A stretch of 64,000 bases of DNA from Oopsacas minuta (Eukaryota; Animalia; Porifera): positions 1-64,000 of the forward strand of contig JAKMXF010000023.1 in assembly GCA_024704765.1 (NCBI GenBank), given 5' to 3'. Both the position numbers and the translations under genes were made by a program. Shown piece by piece: positions 12,790-23,787 of the stretch (position 1 is its first letter; each line of letters begins with the position of its first letter). The notes beneath the pieces are model-generated. The model was not told the origin of the DNA. It saw only the letters and a program-made list of their open reading frames with translations, and did not search any database.

Positions 12790-13725
12790 TTATTTGTTCA
12801 GTTTAGAAGAAACTCCTCTTGTGGATGGTATCTGTAACGGGTTCCTTACTTGCGTAGTCTGGCTGTACCTCTGTTGGTTCCACTTGTTAGCACCTCTAGG
12901 GATATTCTGTCCCATTAACGGTGCCCTGTATGCAGGAGGTGTTCTATAATCCTGTCCCTGACTGCTGGACTGCAGTAGCCCGGTAATCCCTGGGGTCATT
13001 AAGGGTGTAGTTATCTGTGTCCGTTGAGAGCTAGATGGGAACCGTATCTTCTGATTTGAGACTGGAGATGTGAGGGAAGATTCTTTACTTGGTCTGGTGG
13101 ACTGACTAGATCCTCCTGTCTTGAGACTGTACCTCGTAGGACCAGGAGGAGTACGTACCTGTCCAACAGGTGTACCCATTGCCATTGGAGATGGGCTCCT
13201 AGCTAGAGGGGTGTAGAATGCCTGTGAGGGGGTATTCGGGGTATACGCGGACTGTTTAGTAGGCGGTGTGTGTGGTGAGGGAGAAGGAGTATCAGGAGTT
13301 CTTGATTGAGATCTGAGACGACTGTTCTCAGCTCTTAGCGCACTAATCTCATTATCTTTTCTCCTAATCTCCTCCTTGTATTGCTTTCGTTCCAATTCAA
13401 ACTGAGCTCTCTCCTGCTGTGAACTGCTTAACAACCTCTTAATATGTTGAGTCTGGAACTCTACTACTTGTAGCTCTACCTTCTGATGCTTCTTAAGCAT
13501 CTGAACTGTATCAGAAAAGAACACCTGTATCTCAGGTCCTATTCTAGCATTTAGCTCTACTGTATTACATACAGCCTGGCAAACAGGACATGTACTGCTG
13601 GATATGTTAGATCTGCATTCAGCACATAGGATATGTCCGCAGTTAGTCAGGTAGAACAATAGACCTAGGTTCTTAGCGTCTTTGAGTAGAATAGTACAAC
13701 GGTTGCAATGTATCCAGTCAGACAT
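12790..13725 (-). CDS. RNF212: RNF212/RNF212B (Zip3-like) meiotic crossover RING E3 ligase
   Basis: N-terminal DWIHCNRC...FYLTNCGHILC..C...CPVC RING, followed by QVFFSD, a coiled coil (EFQTQHIKRL) and an S/P/T-rich disordered tail. Confidence 0.85.
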   Translation of the reverse strand: MSDWIHCNRCTILLKDAKNLGLLFYLTNCGHILCAECRSNISSSTCPVCQAVCNTVELNARIGPEIQVFFSDTVQMLKKHQKVELQVVEFQTQHIKRLLSSSQQERAQFELERKQYKEEIRRKDNEISALRAENSRLRSQSRTPDTPSPSPHTPPTKQSAYTPNTPSQAFYTPLARSPSPMAMGTPVGQVRTPPGPTRYSLKTGGSSQSTRPSKESSLTSPVSNQKIRFPSSSQRTQITTPLMTPGITGLLQSSSQGQDYRTPPAYRAPLMGQNIPRGANKWNQQRYSQTTQVRNPLQIPSTRGVSSKLNK

Positions 13726-14711
13726 TAATCTGTTACGATATTACAATTGATTTCTGTTTTATAATTCTTGCTGTATTCACTGAGAGAAGTTCATCTGCTG
13801 CTCAGGATCTGTAGGCAAGTTCATTCTTATTCTCTGTGAGATGCCTTCAATTTCCAAACTAACTACTTATATGGTTAGCTAATACTCACAGATGCATTTC
13901 TTCAAACAACCAACATTAGTACTTTATTGTAGGAACTAACGCTCTGCGAAATTAAGGAGTTTTATCCAAATTGCGTTAATTTCCTTGACTATAATTTTCA
14001 TGTAGTAGACAACATCCGGTAACTCGAAAATTCGTTACCTTTTGATTTCCCCTGAGGATTCGAGTTACAAGTACAGCTAGGAATACTTGTTTAGGTTTAG
14101 AAGTATAATATTCCACAATAGATTAGGAGATAATTGTAAGTATTTAATAATATTTATTCGCGGGTTAAGTTCATTAATCTGGAAATCCTTTACTCCAAAT
14201 CGCATTACTGCCATTCACTATAATTTCCTGAGCGTTGATTTCTGTAATAAGGCAAGCCTATTGATAATGTACATAATAAAGTTAGTATACTACTAAATTA
14301 ATAGAGACAATGTATCAGCAATTAGAGACTAGCTGGCCCCATAGAAATGGAAATGGAAATGTACTGTGCTAAGGTTACCGTTAAATACCTTGTTCCAGAC
14401 CATTTATACTATTTTGTGAATAAACTAAATAAATATTATCCAAACCTCATTTATGATTATTCGAACCCCCAATGAATGCGATAATTGCTGAAAGTACAAC
14501 AGAGAGAAGTGAATATTCGTTCGAGATAACGAATGTTTGAGTTAACGGGTAAGTCTCCTAAATCCTTCCATTAATATATTGCATTGTTTCAATGCGTTTC
14601 AGTAATCGGTTTAGATTGTGACATAATTATATACCACATAATATCCTAATCAAAAGAGCTGAATACAATATTCTGGGTTCCCAGACACTACAATAATTGT
14701 ATCTTTAAAAT

Positions 14712-15800
14712 CTACAGAAATTCCTCTCGAGGGAAAAAATCACCAGGTCCTTCACCCACCTTACCAAACTTGTGTATTAATTCTCCTGTTTTAGAGAATA
14801 CTAGCATACAATGTGCTGAGTAGTCTGTCATCAGAATATTTAGCTTTCTGTCTAGACAGAAATAACTTGGTCTAAGTACTTGACAATCTCCTCCATGAGA
14901 TATAATCTCATCAGTCAGTTCGTTACAGTAATTATACAATGTAATGCAAGGTGTTCCTATTGTCACTACCACGATATGTAAGGGAGATAACTGGACATTT
15001 CTGGGTATATGGACAGAAAGAATGAATGAATTGAAAGTTAAATCAATATTCAAGCATTAAACACGATCAATTAACCACTCACAGATGTATATTATGTTCT
15101 TCTCTCTCGAACAGCAATTCCTCTTAGATACTCAAATTCCAATTCTTCGTTGTCTTTTCTTCCAACTGATTGGATATGTTCTCCTCTAGTAGAGTAGACA
15201 GAGAGAGAATTTGAGGCGATTTGTGTTACACATACTTTATCCTGATTGATACAAATACAGAATGAACCATCCAAATTGTCACTGAGTAGTTTGAACTGAA
15301 TAAGAACTTCAGGGATCTGTTAAACACGTAAATTTGTTGACTTACACAGTCACCTATGTATATGTTATTTGTTGGTATATGAATTGCAATTGGCTTAGCA
15401 TTACAGAACTCTCCGAGATTAGAAGTATTCCCACTATAAGGACCAACTGTCATTACAGGACATCTCTTATTCTTGTAATCTGGTGTACTCCTAACTGTTA
15501 TTGATCCTGTATTGGCTAGTATTCCTTCCAAGATTGTATCCCAATCTAACTCTACCTTTCTATTCCTTTCAGTCTCTAGTCTAGTTTCTAGCTCTCTCTT
15601 TCTAGCATCCAGAGGAGCAATACTCTGTTCTAGAGTGTCCTGGTTTGGATTTCATTTCAAATTAGAGATTGAGTTCTCTTTAGCTATCTCCAATAGTTTT
15701 ATCTGCTCAGCAACTCCCTCTTCTGTATGCTCATCCTCTAGTAGTTGTAATTCTAATATTGATTCATTCTCTCTCTTATCAAATATATTATGAGCTCTTG
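14712..15800 (-). pseudogene. Coiled-coil + NHL-repeat (TRIM71-like C-terminal architecture) gene, disrupted
   Basis: A coiled-coil frame with an in-frame TGA at 15652-15654 runs into NHL-like repeats (PIAIHIPTNNIYIGDC, ICINQDKVCVT, NILMTDYSAHCMLVFSKTGELIHKFGKVGEG) spread over three frames. Confidence 0.75.
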
Positions 15801-16008
15801 CAAATTTACAAATTCTATTGTTCTTAGATGGTAAATATTTATTTGATAAACATAAACAATAGGTTCTTCTAGTGTTTTATATTTTATGTGGATTCATTGA
15901 ATATCTAAATCTAACAGTAGCTTTAAATAATTACAACTTTTTTGTGTGAAATAATTGTTATAGACACTTATGTTGGAATAATTTCAGTAATTGTCATGAA
16001 TTTGTAGA

Positions 16009-17517
16009 ATGTTTACGAAGAGGAATTTTGTATCTAACATTAAATATGTATTTGGTGAATTACACTGTCTGAACAAACTAGCATTAGTTGGAGCATTCAG
16101 CCTGTTCAGCGATGCTGTTCAAGTTAAAACCGGCACAATATTCCTCTCCCGTACGTCTGGAGCTGATATAAGTGGAAAGGTTGGCGCTCTTTATCTCGGA
16201 CAGACTCTCATTAATATCACATCATATTGCATCATGCAGGGCATAACTGTAGGTATGTGTGCTCTCTGCTCCCAAGCACATGGAGCGAATAATCACATTC
16301 TGGTTGGAACATACTTCATGAGAGCTATGCTAATCTCTTTGCTTACCTGTTTACCTCTGTGGAGTTTCTGGATAAGCGTTAGACCGCTAATACTATATAT
16401 GACTGGAGACATGGAGCTAGCGGAAGGAGCTGGTCATTACACTACAATGTTCTGTTTCGGTTATCCAGCTTTCATATACTACAAACTAGCTAATGGGTTC
16501 CTACAATCTCAGAACATTGTGTATTTCCTCATGTTTGTTATGGTTGCAGGGAATATATGCAATATATGCTTACAGTATATATTTGTTGTAGTAATACCTC
16601 TAGAAATAACTGGTGTAGGTTTAGCATATGTCATTAGTACAAACATAGTTGCTTTATTTGCATATTTCTATATCAAGATGACCAATGTTCATATTCTCAA
16701 TTTCAATGGTTGGTCATTTGAATTTCTGTCTGGTTGGTTACACATGTTGAAGTATGGAATGGCCTCATTTGCACAGATTTTGCTTGATGGCATAATTTTT
16801 AGAATTGTGCCAATTGTATTCATTGGATTTTTCTTGAAAGATAAAGAACAATTCGCACTGTTAGGGATTTTAAACATAGTTTGGTTTGTAGCATTAACAG
16901 TGCCTATTGGTTATGGAATTGGTGCTTCAGTTCGTATTGGTAATCTTCTTGGTGCAGGAAATTTGCAAGCTGCAAGGAAGACTACTGTAATAGCTATACT
17001 GTATCTGTTATCTTTTGAGTGTTGTTTCGGGATATTAACATTCTCTTTATCAGAGCCTCTCTCATATCTCTTTACATCTATACAAGAGATGAGAGTACAA
17101 ATAGAATTCGGAATTCGTGTTCTCACTTTTTGCATCCTATCAGATATTCTAACTGCATTAAGAAGCATACTAACTGTCTGTTCACTCCACCTATATGCAA
17201 CCTTCATACAGTTTGTTTGTGTTCTACTGATTGGATCTCCTCTCGGGATTCTTGTAGCTTTCTATGTTCCTTGGAGAGCTGCAGCATATTATCTTATGCC
17301 TTCACTTTTTTCAATCATCGCATTTTTCCTCCAACTTCTCCTTCTGTATTTCCATGATTGGAGAAAGATACTTGATAAAGTTGAATCAAATGTGTATTCG
17401 AAGGATACAAGCAGCACTCATCAACCTACCATCAACAAAGCTTTTCTACTGTTTCGTTATTTGTTGCTTATCTTCATTGGGATAGCACTATTTGCTACTG
17501 CATATCTGTATTGCTAA
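16009..17517 (+). CDS. MATE family multidrug and toxin extrusion transporter (SLC47A-like)
   Basis: Intronless 502-aa ORF with about 12 TM segments plus a C-terminal extra TM. MATE motifs present: LCSQAHGANN, GASVRIGNLLGAGN..AA. Confidence 0.92.
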   Translation: MFTKRNFVSNIKYVFGELHCLNKLALVGAFSLFSDAVQVKTGTIFLSRTSGADISGKVGALYLGQTLINITSYCIMQGITVGMCALCSQAHGANNHILVGTYFMRAMLISLLTCLPLWSFWISVRPLILYMTGDMELAEGAGHYTTMFCFGYPAFIYYKLANGFLQSQNIVYFLMFVMVAGNICNICLQYIFVVVIPLEITGVGLAYVISTNIVALFAYFYIKMTNVHILNFNGWSFEFLSGWLHMLKYGMASFAQILLDGIIFRIVPIVFIGFFLKDKEQFALLGILNIVWFVALTVPIGYGIGASVRIGNLLGAGNLQAARKTTVIAILYLLSFECCFGILTFSLSEPLSYLFTSIQEMRVQIEFGIRVLTFCILSDILTALRSILTVCSLHLYATFIQFVCVLLIGSPLGILVAFYVPWRAAAYYLMPSLFSIIAFFLQLLLLYFHDWRKILDKVESNVYSKDTSSTHQPTINKAFLLFRYLLLIFIGIALFATAYLYC

Positions 17518-18144
17518 TTTGTTCAGTGATTTCCCCTTTTGTTTGTTATATGTATTGACTTCCCTATATGCTATTACAGATCCTAGAGTGGTTTCTAAAT
17601 TTCATGGAATACCCTCGTACATAAGTTTATCATATGATTAGTCATCTTTTCACACCTTTTGGTGAATATTCCAAAATATGCTTGAGATTAGCTTCCAGTG
17701 TATTGTGTTACCCCTGTGCCTCTGTTTAGAGCAAATCTGTATACATATTTTGAGATTTGGCTAATTTGTTTATTTAATATTGATAAAAGAATAATACATT
17801 TACATAAGATTAATCCAAAGTGTGAAATTCCGATTCAGCTTACGTAGTTACCCCTAAGTAGCCGTTTTTAAGCAAGCCTTTACGGATATTTTGATAATTT
17901 GTTTACTTTATATTCAGAAAAACAACAATATATTTACATATGATTAATGTGTGATAATCTGATTCATCATGTTCGATATATTTAGTTTTATTGAATTCGA
18001 ATTTTACTGAATTCTATTTATTTCCTTGATAAATACGATAACACACATTATGCAACAATTTCAAAATTGCATACCATAAATCCTTTCCTTGACAACTAAC
18101 AAACAAATAGACAAACTGCAATTGAGATTAACAATATAGATATA

Positions 18145-19488
18145 CATGGTGTTTCATAATTGATGCCCTATCACACTCAATGAATTCACGCAGCACTAAT
18201 AGCTAACAATCAAACAATTCACTTTGAAATGTAACCACCATGTAGTTTGATCCACTTTTTTACTCTATTTGGCATCCTATTATATAACGACTCTAAAATA
18301 TCACGCGAAAGTCTTCACCAGGCCAGTTTTGTGTTATTTTCAAGCATTTTCACATTGTGGGGAGGAGCCATAGTATTCATGTCACTTTTCATTATTGCCT
18401 ATACTTGTTTTACTGGATTAAGATCTGGCGAGTTGCCTGACCAAATACCTTTCTCCCAGAACGATGGCAGATTATTTTTTAACCATTCTTGAGACTTTTT
18501 CGAGTGATGCGCTGGTGCACCGCCTAGTTGGAAAATTGAATGAGACATGTTGTTTACCATCTTTCTTTGGATAGTGGATCCTATTTTTCGTTTTCGTTTA
18601 TATGTGGCACAGAGTCTTCTTCAGAATTTCGTCCACATAGTAATCTCCAGTTACTGTTGGTCCAGGATATATCATGTGCAAATCGGAGACAGCTTGGTAA
18701 GAGATCATCCCCCACACCTGAATTTTAGGAGGGTGTTTCACCAGTTCTATTGGTTGAACATTTGACTTGTCAGGTGCCCAAATTCGATCATTCTGCCGAT
18801 TTGGTGCATGGATCAGTTCAAAGGGGGATTCATCAGAGAAAATAACCCTTTTCCATTCCTCTGTGTCCAATCTTTACGTGCTTTACAGAATTTCAATCGG
18901 TTTTCTTTCTGTTTATCCGTTAATTTGGGTTGGTGCTGGCGTTTAGATGCCTTGAAGTTAAGGGTATTCCGTGAATAGCGATACACGGTGCTGTATGAGA
19001 TTGAATATCCCTTGGATTTCAACTTCAGAGAGATGGATCTGGTTGATTGGTGTCTTTTCTGGGTCGACTTAGTGATGACTAATTTTGCTGGGATTGGGAC
19101 GGATGTTTTTCAGCCAAGACCCCTTTTGTTTTTGAGCGACTGACCTCCAAGAAAGCACAACCACCAACAACGAACTGTTCGGATATTAACTCCAATCTGT
19201 TGAGCAACCGATTTCTGCGTCAATCCGCCCTGTAACATGCCAATTGCTCGAATACGAGTTTGAAAAGTCTGTTCTTTGACCATTATTATTGTACCAATAA
19301 ATAGAATAAAAATTATTCGAATATGCTGATGAATAATAAAGTTTAGAATGAAGCAAGATACGTAAAAAGTTACTACACAGTCATATTATGGAGATATATG
19401 CTGAATAGTTCAACTAGTAAAATAGTACTAATGAGCATACTATAAAATATGTTAAATCTGAATAGGGCATCAATTATGAAACACCCTA
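18145..19488 (-). mobile_element. Tc1/mariner (DD37E-type) transposon, defective copy; transposase remnant about 18219-19283
   Basis: TIRs catggtgtttcataattgatgccctat / atagggcatcaattatgaaacacccta, flanked by TA. The transposase has frameshifts and stops, and the second and third catalytic sites are mutated (IFQLGGAPAH; DLNPVKQV*). Confidence 0.9.
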
Positions 19489-19785
19489 TAGTTTCAATAC
19501 TATAATATATTTGGTTAAATTTATGTCGGGCAGAGTTGGCTAGTTTAAACTGGGTTAAATCCTATTTGATGGTCAAAACTGGTTATTGCACTGTGCTAAA
19601 CCTCATTGAATTGGGTAAACTACCTAAACTGTGTTTGAGACTCTATTTTAGGATTTCCAGAGTATAATTATATTAAATTGCAAGGGTACAGTGAATATTC
19701 AAAGTCTTCATAAATACAGATCTGTAATCGTACAATTGACTTAAAATTAGACCTTATTGACGAGTAGTGTGAATTTTAGCATTCA

Positions 19786-20259
19786 TCTATATATATATAT
19801 ATATTAACAAACGTGCTTGATGTGTGTGTGTCCACGCGTTTTCTCAGAGATGTCTGGGCCGATTTGAACCAAATTTTGTGTGCCGACTAAATAGTTCACA
19901 ATTTTCGACAAGATATTTGAATTTTTCACACCTTGCCCATATGAATCAATGCATTTTCAGAGGAATCTGATGGTTCAACGTTGGCCAATCAAATTCCTTC
20001 CTTCGTATAATATGAATATGTCTTGGAATTTGGTTCAATCAGATTCTACCAATTACAATAGTTACTATTCACAGTTTATTGATCCCGTGTAGTAATGCGG
20101 AGAAAGCCACACCCCAACTTCTCCAAAAAAGGTACATTTTTGGAAACAAACCACTTTTTCCTAGAAAAATATTACGATGTACAACTTGATGTTGTAGCAT
20201 CACATGACAAACACTTAAACGAATGCCGCACAGCAATGTGATAGGTTTTTTGATTGTAT
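19786..20259 (+). mobile_element. Non-autonomous Helitron-like element, family A, 3'-truncated copy
   Basis: Begins A|TCTATATA..., then (TG)n-TCCACGCGTTTTCTCAGAGATG. It is closely similar to the copy at 50631-51328 but lacks the hairpin and CTAG end. Confidence 0.75.
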
Positions 20260-20669
20260 ATGGGAAATTATATCTAAGACCCTAGGGCCCTAGAGTGTAT
20301 TTTCGCTCTAGGACCCTAAATTTAGTGTATTTTACGAACTTATTATATCAGTCTAGTGTATTTTGATTTTGATTAGTTTCAAACAGGGTCCCAGAAACAA
20401 TGTTAGGACCCTAGGGTCCTGAGAATAACTCCTCTCTATATACAGCCTCTCCCATAAAAATGAGGTAAATTTAGTCCCATTTCCCTCAATTGTTTATCAC
20501 TCACCTGTTGTTACATTATGAAAGCCTCCAATTTGATTTGTCTAGCTTTAACAGGTTTATAACGTGTCATACCCAAACTACATATCTACCCCCTAAATGT
20601 GCCAATTTTCATGTCAATCGGTACTCTTACATACGCACTATTATTTGAGATAATTTATATAGTACCAAG

Positions 20670-21011
20670 CAGGCTTGGACCGGGTCACTATTTTCAATAT
20701 ATTTCGGGTCTGAACCGGGTCACTGATTTTGACTTGACCCGGTTTATATCCCTATAGATAATTTAATTATATCAGTTTGTAAAATCATAAAGATTCAGTC
20801 AATATTAGTTAGACGTTTCATTTTCATGAATCATTAGTATTTTTACTAAACTTGTTTGGTATCATTACTACTGTATACTTATATACCTATATACTCTTAT
20901 TACGTATATAGATATGTAATATAGAAAATTCATGTTTTGAAAAACCAGGTCCAATAACGAAACCGAGTCACCGGTCACCGGGTCAGGAAATCATGACCCG
21001 GTCCAAGCCTG
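20670..21011. mobile_element. hAT-type MITE (342 bp)
   Basis: Perfect 18-bp TIR CAGGCTTGGACCGGGTCA / TGACCCGGTCCAAGCCTG; 8-bp flanks gtaccaag / gtaccatg (7/8 match); internal CCGGGTCA/TGACCCGG repeats. Confidence 0.88.
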
Positions 21012-21516
21012 GTACCATGGTTGCAACCGAATATTATCAGTGTTCATATTCGTATTTGGTAAGACAGCTATTCATGAATACTGATATTCGGTATTCGGTT
21101 GGGTCGGTTTCAATCTTGTATAGTACTAGCCGAAAACGCTATAGTTCCAAATAAATATATGTATTAAATAATATTAAAATTGAGTTTCCAAAAAAGGGGA
21201 AATATACTTCTATAGCTTAATTACCAGGTGTATCACCCTAGATCAACCTCCCAACCCAGTTTAACCCCAGGCATAGTCTAGGCTAGCCCAGATCAAGGCC
21301 CTGGGATAATCTAGGCTAGCCTAGTTTATACCCGGGTATATTCTGGCGGGGGGTTAATTTGAGTTGCTACACCGGAGTAAACCGGGTTTTACCCACTGGG
21401 CAGGGCTAAACCTATTTAACCGGGGTTAAACTCCAACCCTGAAGTCAGCACAGACTGTTATTTGAGAATTTTTATTAGTATTGTTTTACTAAGTTGGATA
21501 TTACTTAGCATACAAA

Positions 21517-22472
21517 TGAGTAAACTTGTATCTATTGACAAAATAGTGGAAAATAATAATGGAAGAAACAGAAAATAGAGAATTGCCTTGAAAATACTGA
21601 ATTTTATGATTTTGCGAATATCAAGTACAAGGAATTTCGTATTACTGGCAATAATTTCAAAATTGCAACAGTTTGCCTACATCAAACAGAACCACTAATC
21701 GCTATTGTTGCTAAAGACATTAACTCTCCAGTTATATTCGTAACTATTTATTCATTAGATGGAGACCTTATCACACGTTTGTATCATCCATCAAGAGTAA
21801 TATCTCCTAGTACAATATATCTATCAAATGATATGTTCTTAGATTGGATAAATATTCAGGAGAACATGTTCTAGCTCGATACAATGGTTATAGAATGAAG
21901 ACTATACGTTTTTCAAATCGGAAATTTGTTTCCACTGTGATAGCAATAATATTTTTGTGTATATGTGCACCAAAGCCCAAAATATGTGTATACTCAATTG
22001 ATTTTGGGAAAATAGATGAATTCAGTATTGATCAAACACAGGGATCTTATCCTGTTGCCATTCAGATCTCCCAAGACAATATGGTTGTTTTAGGTTCTGA
22101 AGATCGTTGGGCTCTAGAAATGGAAGCTGTTGTTACAATTTATCGCTATTCAATATCTAAGAGAGAATTAATTCAAAGTGTCAGATTAAATGAATTTTTT
22201 GTGACAAGGAATTCAAATTTGTCCCTTTGTTTTGACCCTATTGGTAATGTGTTGATTGGAAGAAATGTGCCAATCATAAATACTGAACGAATTGCATTTT
22301 TATAAGTCAGATGTTCTGGAATGCAATATTATCTCTATTCAATAATTTCAAACCCAAACACTTCAAATCAATCGGATTTGAAATGACTAAAGATTTTCAG
22401 ATTATTCGTGCCAGTTCTAATGGGTATATTAGACTATATGAACCAAATAGTGTTATCTTGAAAGAGATCTAG
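21517..22472 (+). pseudogene. Frameshifted beta-propeller/NHL-like gene remnant
   Basis: Protein-like frames (IAIVAKDINSPVIFVTIYSLDG; PVAIQISQDNMVVLGS; LCFDPIGNVLIG; IIRASSNGYIRLYE) are broken by at least three frame changes. Confidence 0.5.
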
Positions 22473-23787
22473 TATTCATGAGGAGCAAGCAATTCGTTCT
22501 CCATATTTATACTTTGCACTTATTGATTTTTGAGACAATATTCCCGCTCATTTACCTCATCATAATTGTGAGTATATTCTTACTACCAGTAAACACTCAG
22601 TTATCCGAACAGCAGGAATAACATTAGTTTGAGAAGATTGTTGAAATTTCATCTAAGAATGGAGTTTCAGGATAGTTTATTCGAACGATGTAATGATTTT
22701 AGGACAATATCTTATGTGTAGAAATATGCTGTGAAATATTCCAAATTACGAAATCAATATTCTCATTTAGCGAATTTTATATATCAAAATACACAATTTC
22801 ACTAATCCGAACACAAAACTATGAATTGAATGACGAAAGTGTTCGGATAATCGAGTGTATACTGCTAGTGAATGTTCTTAAGCAAAAATAGTAAATATTG
22901 ATCGTTTCATTCGATTTACATTTATTGCGAGCAGACTTAGCCAAGTGTAGGATCATTATGGGATTGTTAAATTGTGCAGATGCCACGAAATGTGTACACT
23001 GCTTTAGGTTATCTAAGATTATACTATGAAGATGAACAATACTTTCACTCCAACATAATATTAATAAGTGGAGGAATTTTGGAGAATTTTCAATTCTTAT
23101 CCATTTGTAGTTAATTTGTTTAAAACACATGTATTTATAGCTATGATCAATTCAATTAATTGGATTTCGCAGAATAGAATTTTATTTTATTCAACCGATA
23201 ATATTAAGGGTCCGCGGACACTAGGTTTCGGAAACCTGTCCTACTTGAGCACTCCATTTTCCTTACCGAATATAGTCAGAGTAGCTTATTAACAAATTCC
23301 CTGATTATGAGCAAAGCCAGTGCCCAAATATTTATTCATTTCAATACCATTAGTACAAAATTTGGATACATAAAAGGAGATTACGCGTAGAATGTTGATT
23401 TGGTAAAGGATACAATTGAAGAAAGTTTAGTAGCTATAATCTAAAGATCTTTCAATAACTTTGGGGCACTCCTCCAAATGAATTCAGAATTTTGTATATA
23501 AAGTGACCCTTCCAATATAACACTACAAATGGATACTACAAGATTCTGTTATAGGCAAGCGACAATGCGTCAGTCATCAATATCTAAATGTACAAAACAT
23601 ACAGAATCCAAATCGGTCATTAGTAATGGTGATATGTCAATGGGTCACTCGACGAATTATGGGTCGAACTGTGACCCATCGGGCCCATGGTCCACTCTAG
23701 TTCATTTTTACAAGAATACTAGAATTGGGAATATCTATACTCAGATGTCAGAATGTACTATCTATCAACCTCCTAAATGCTACACTA

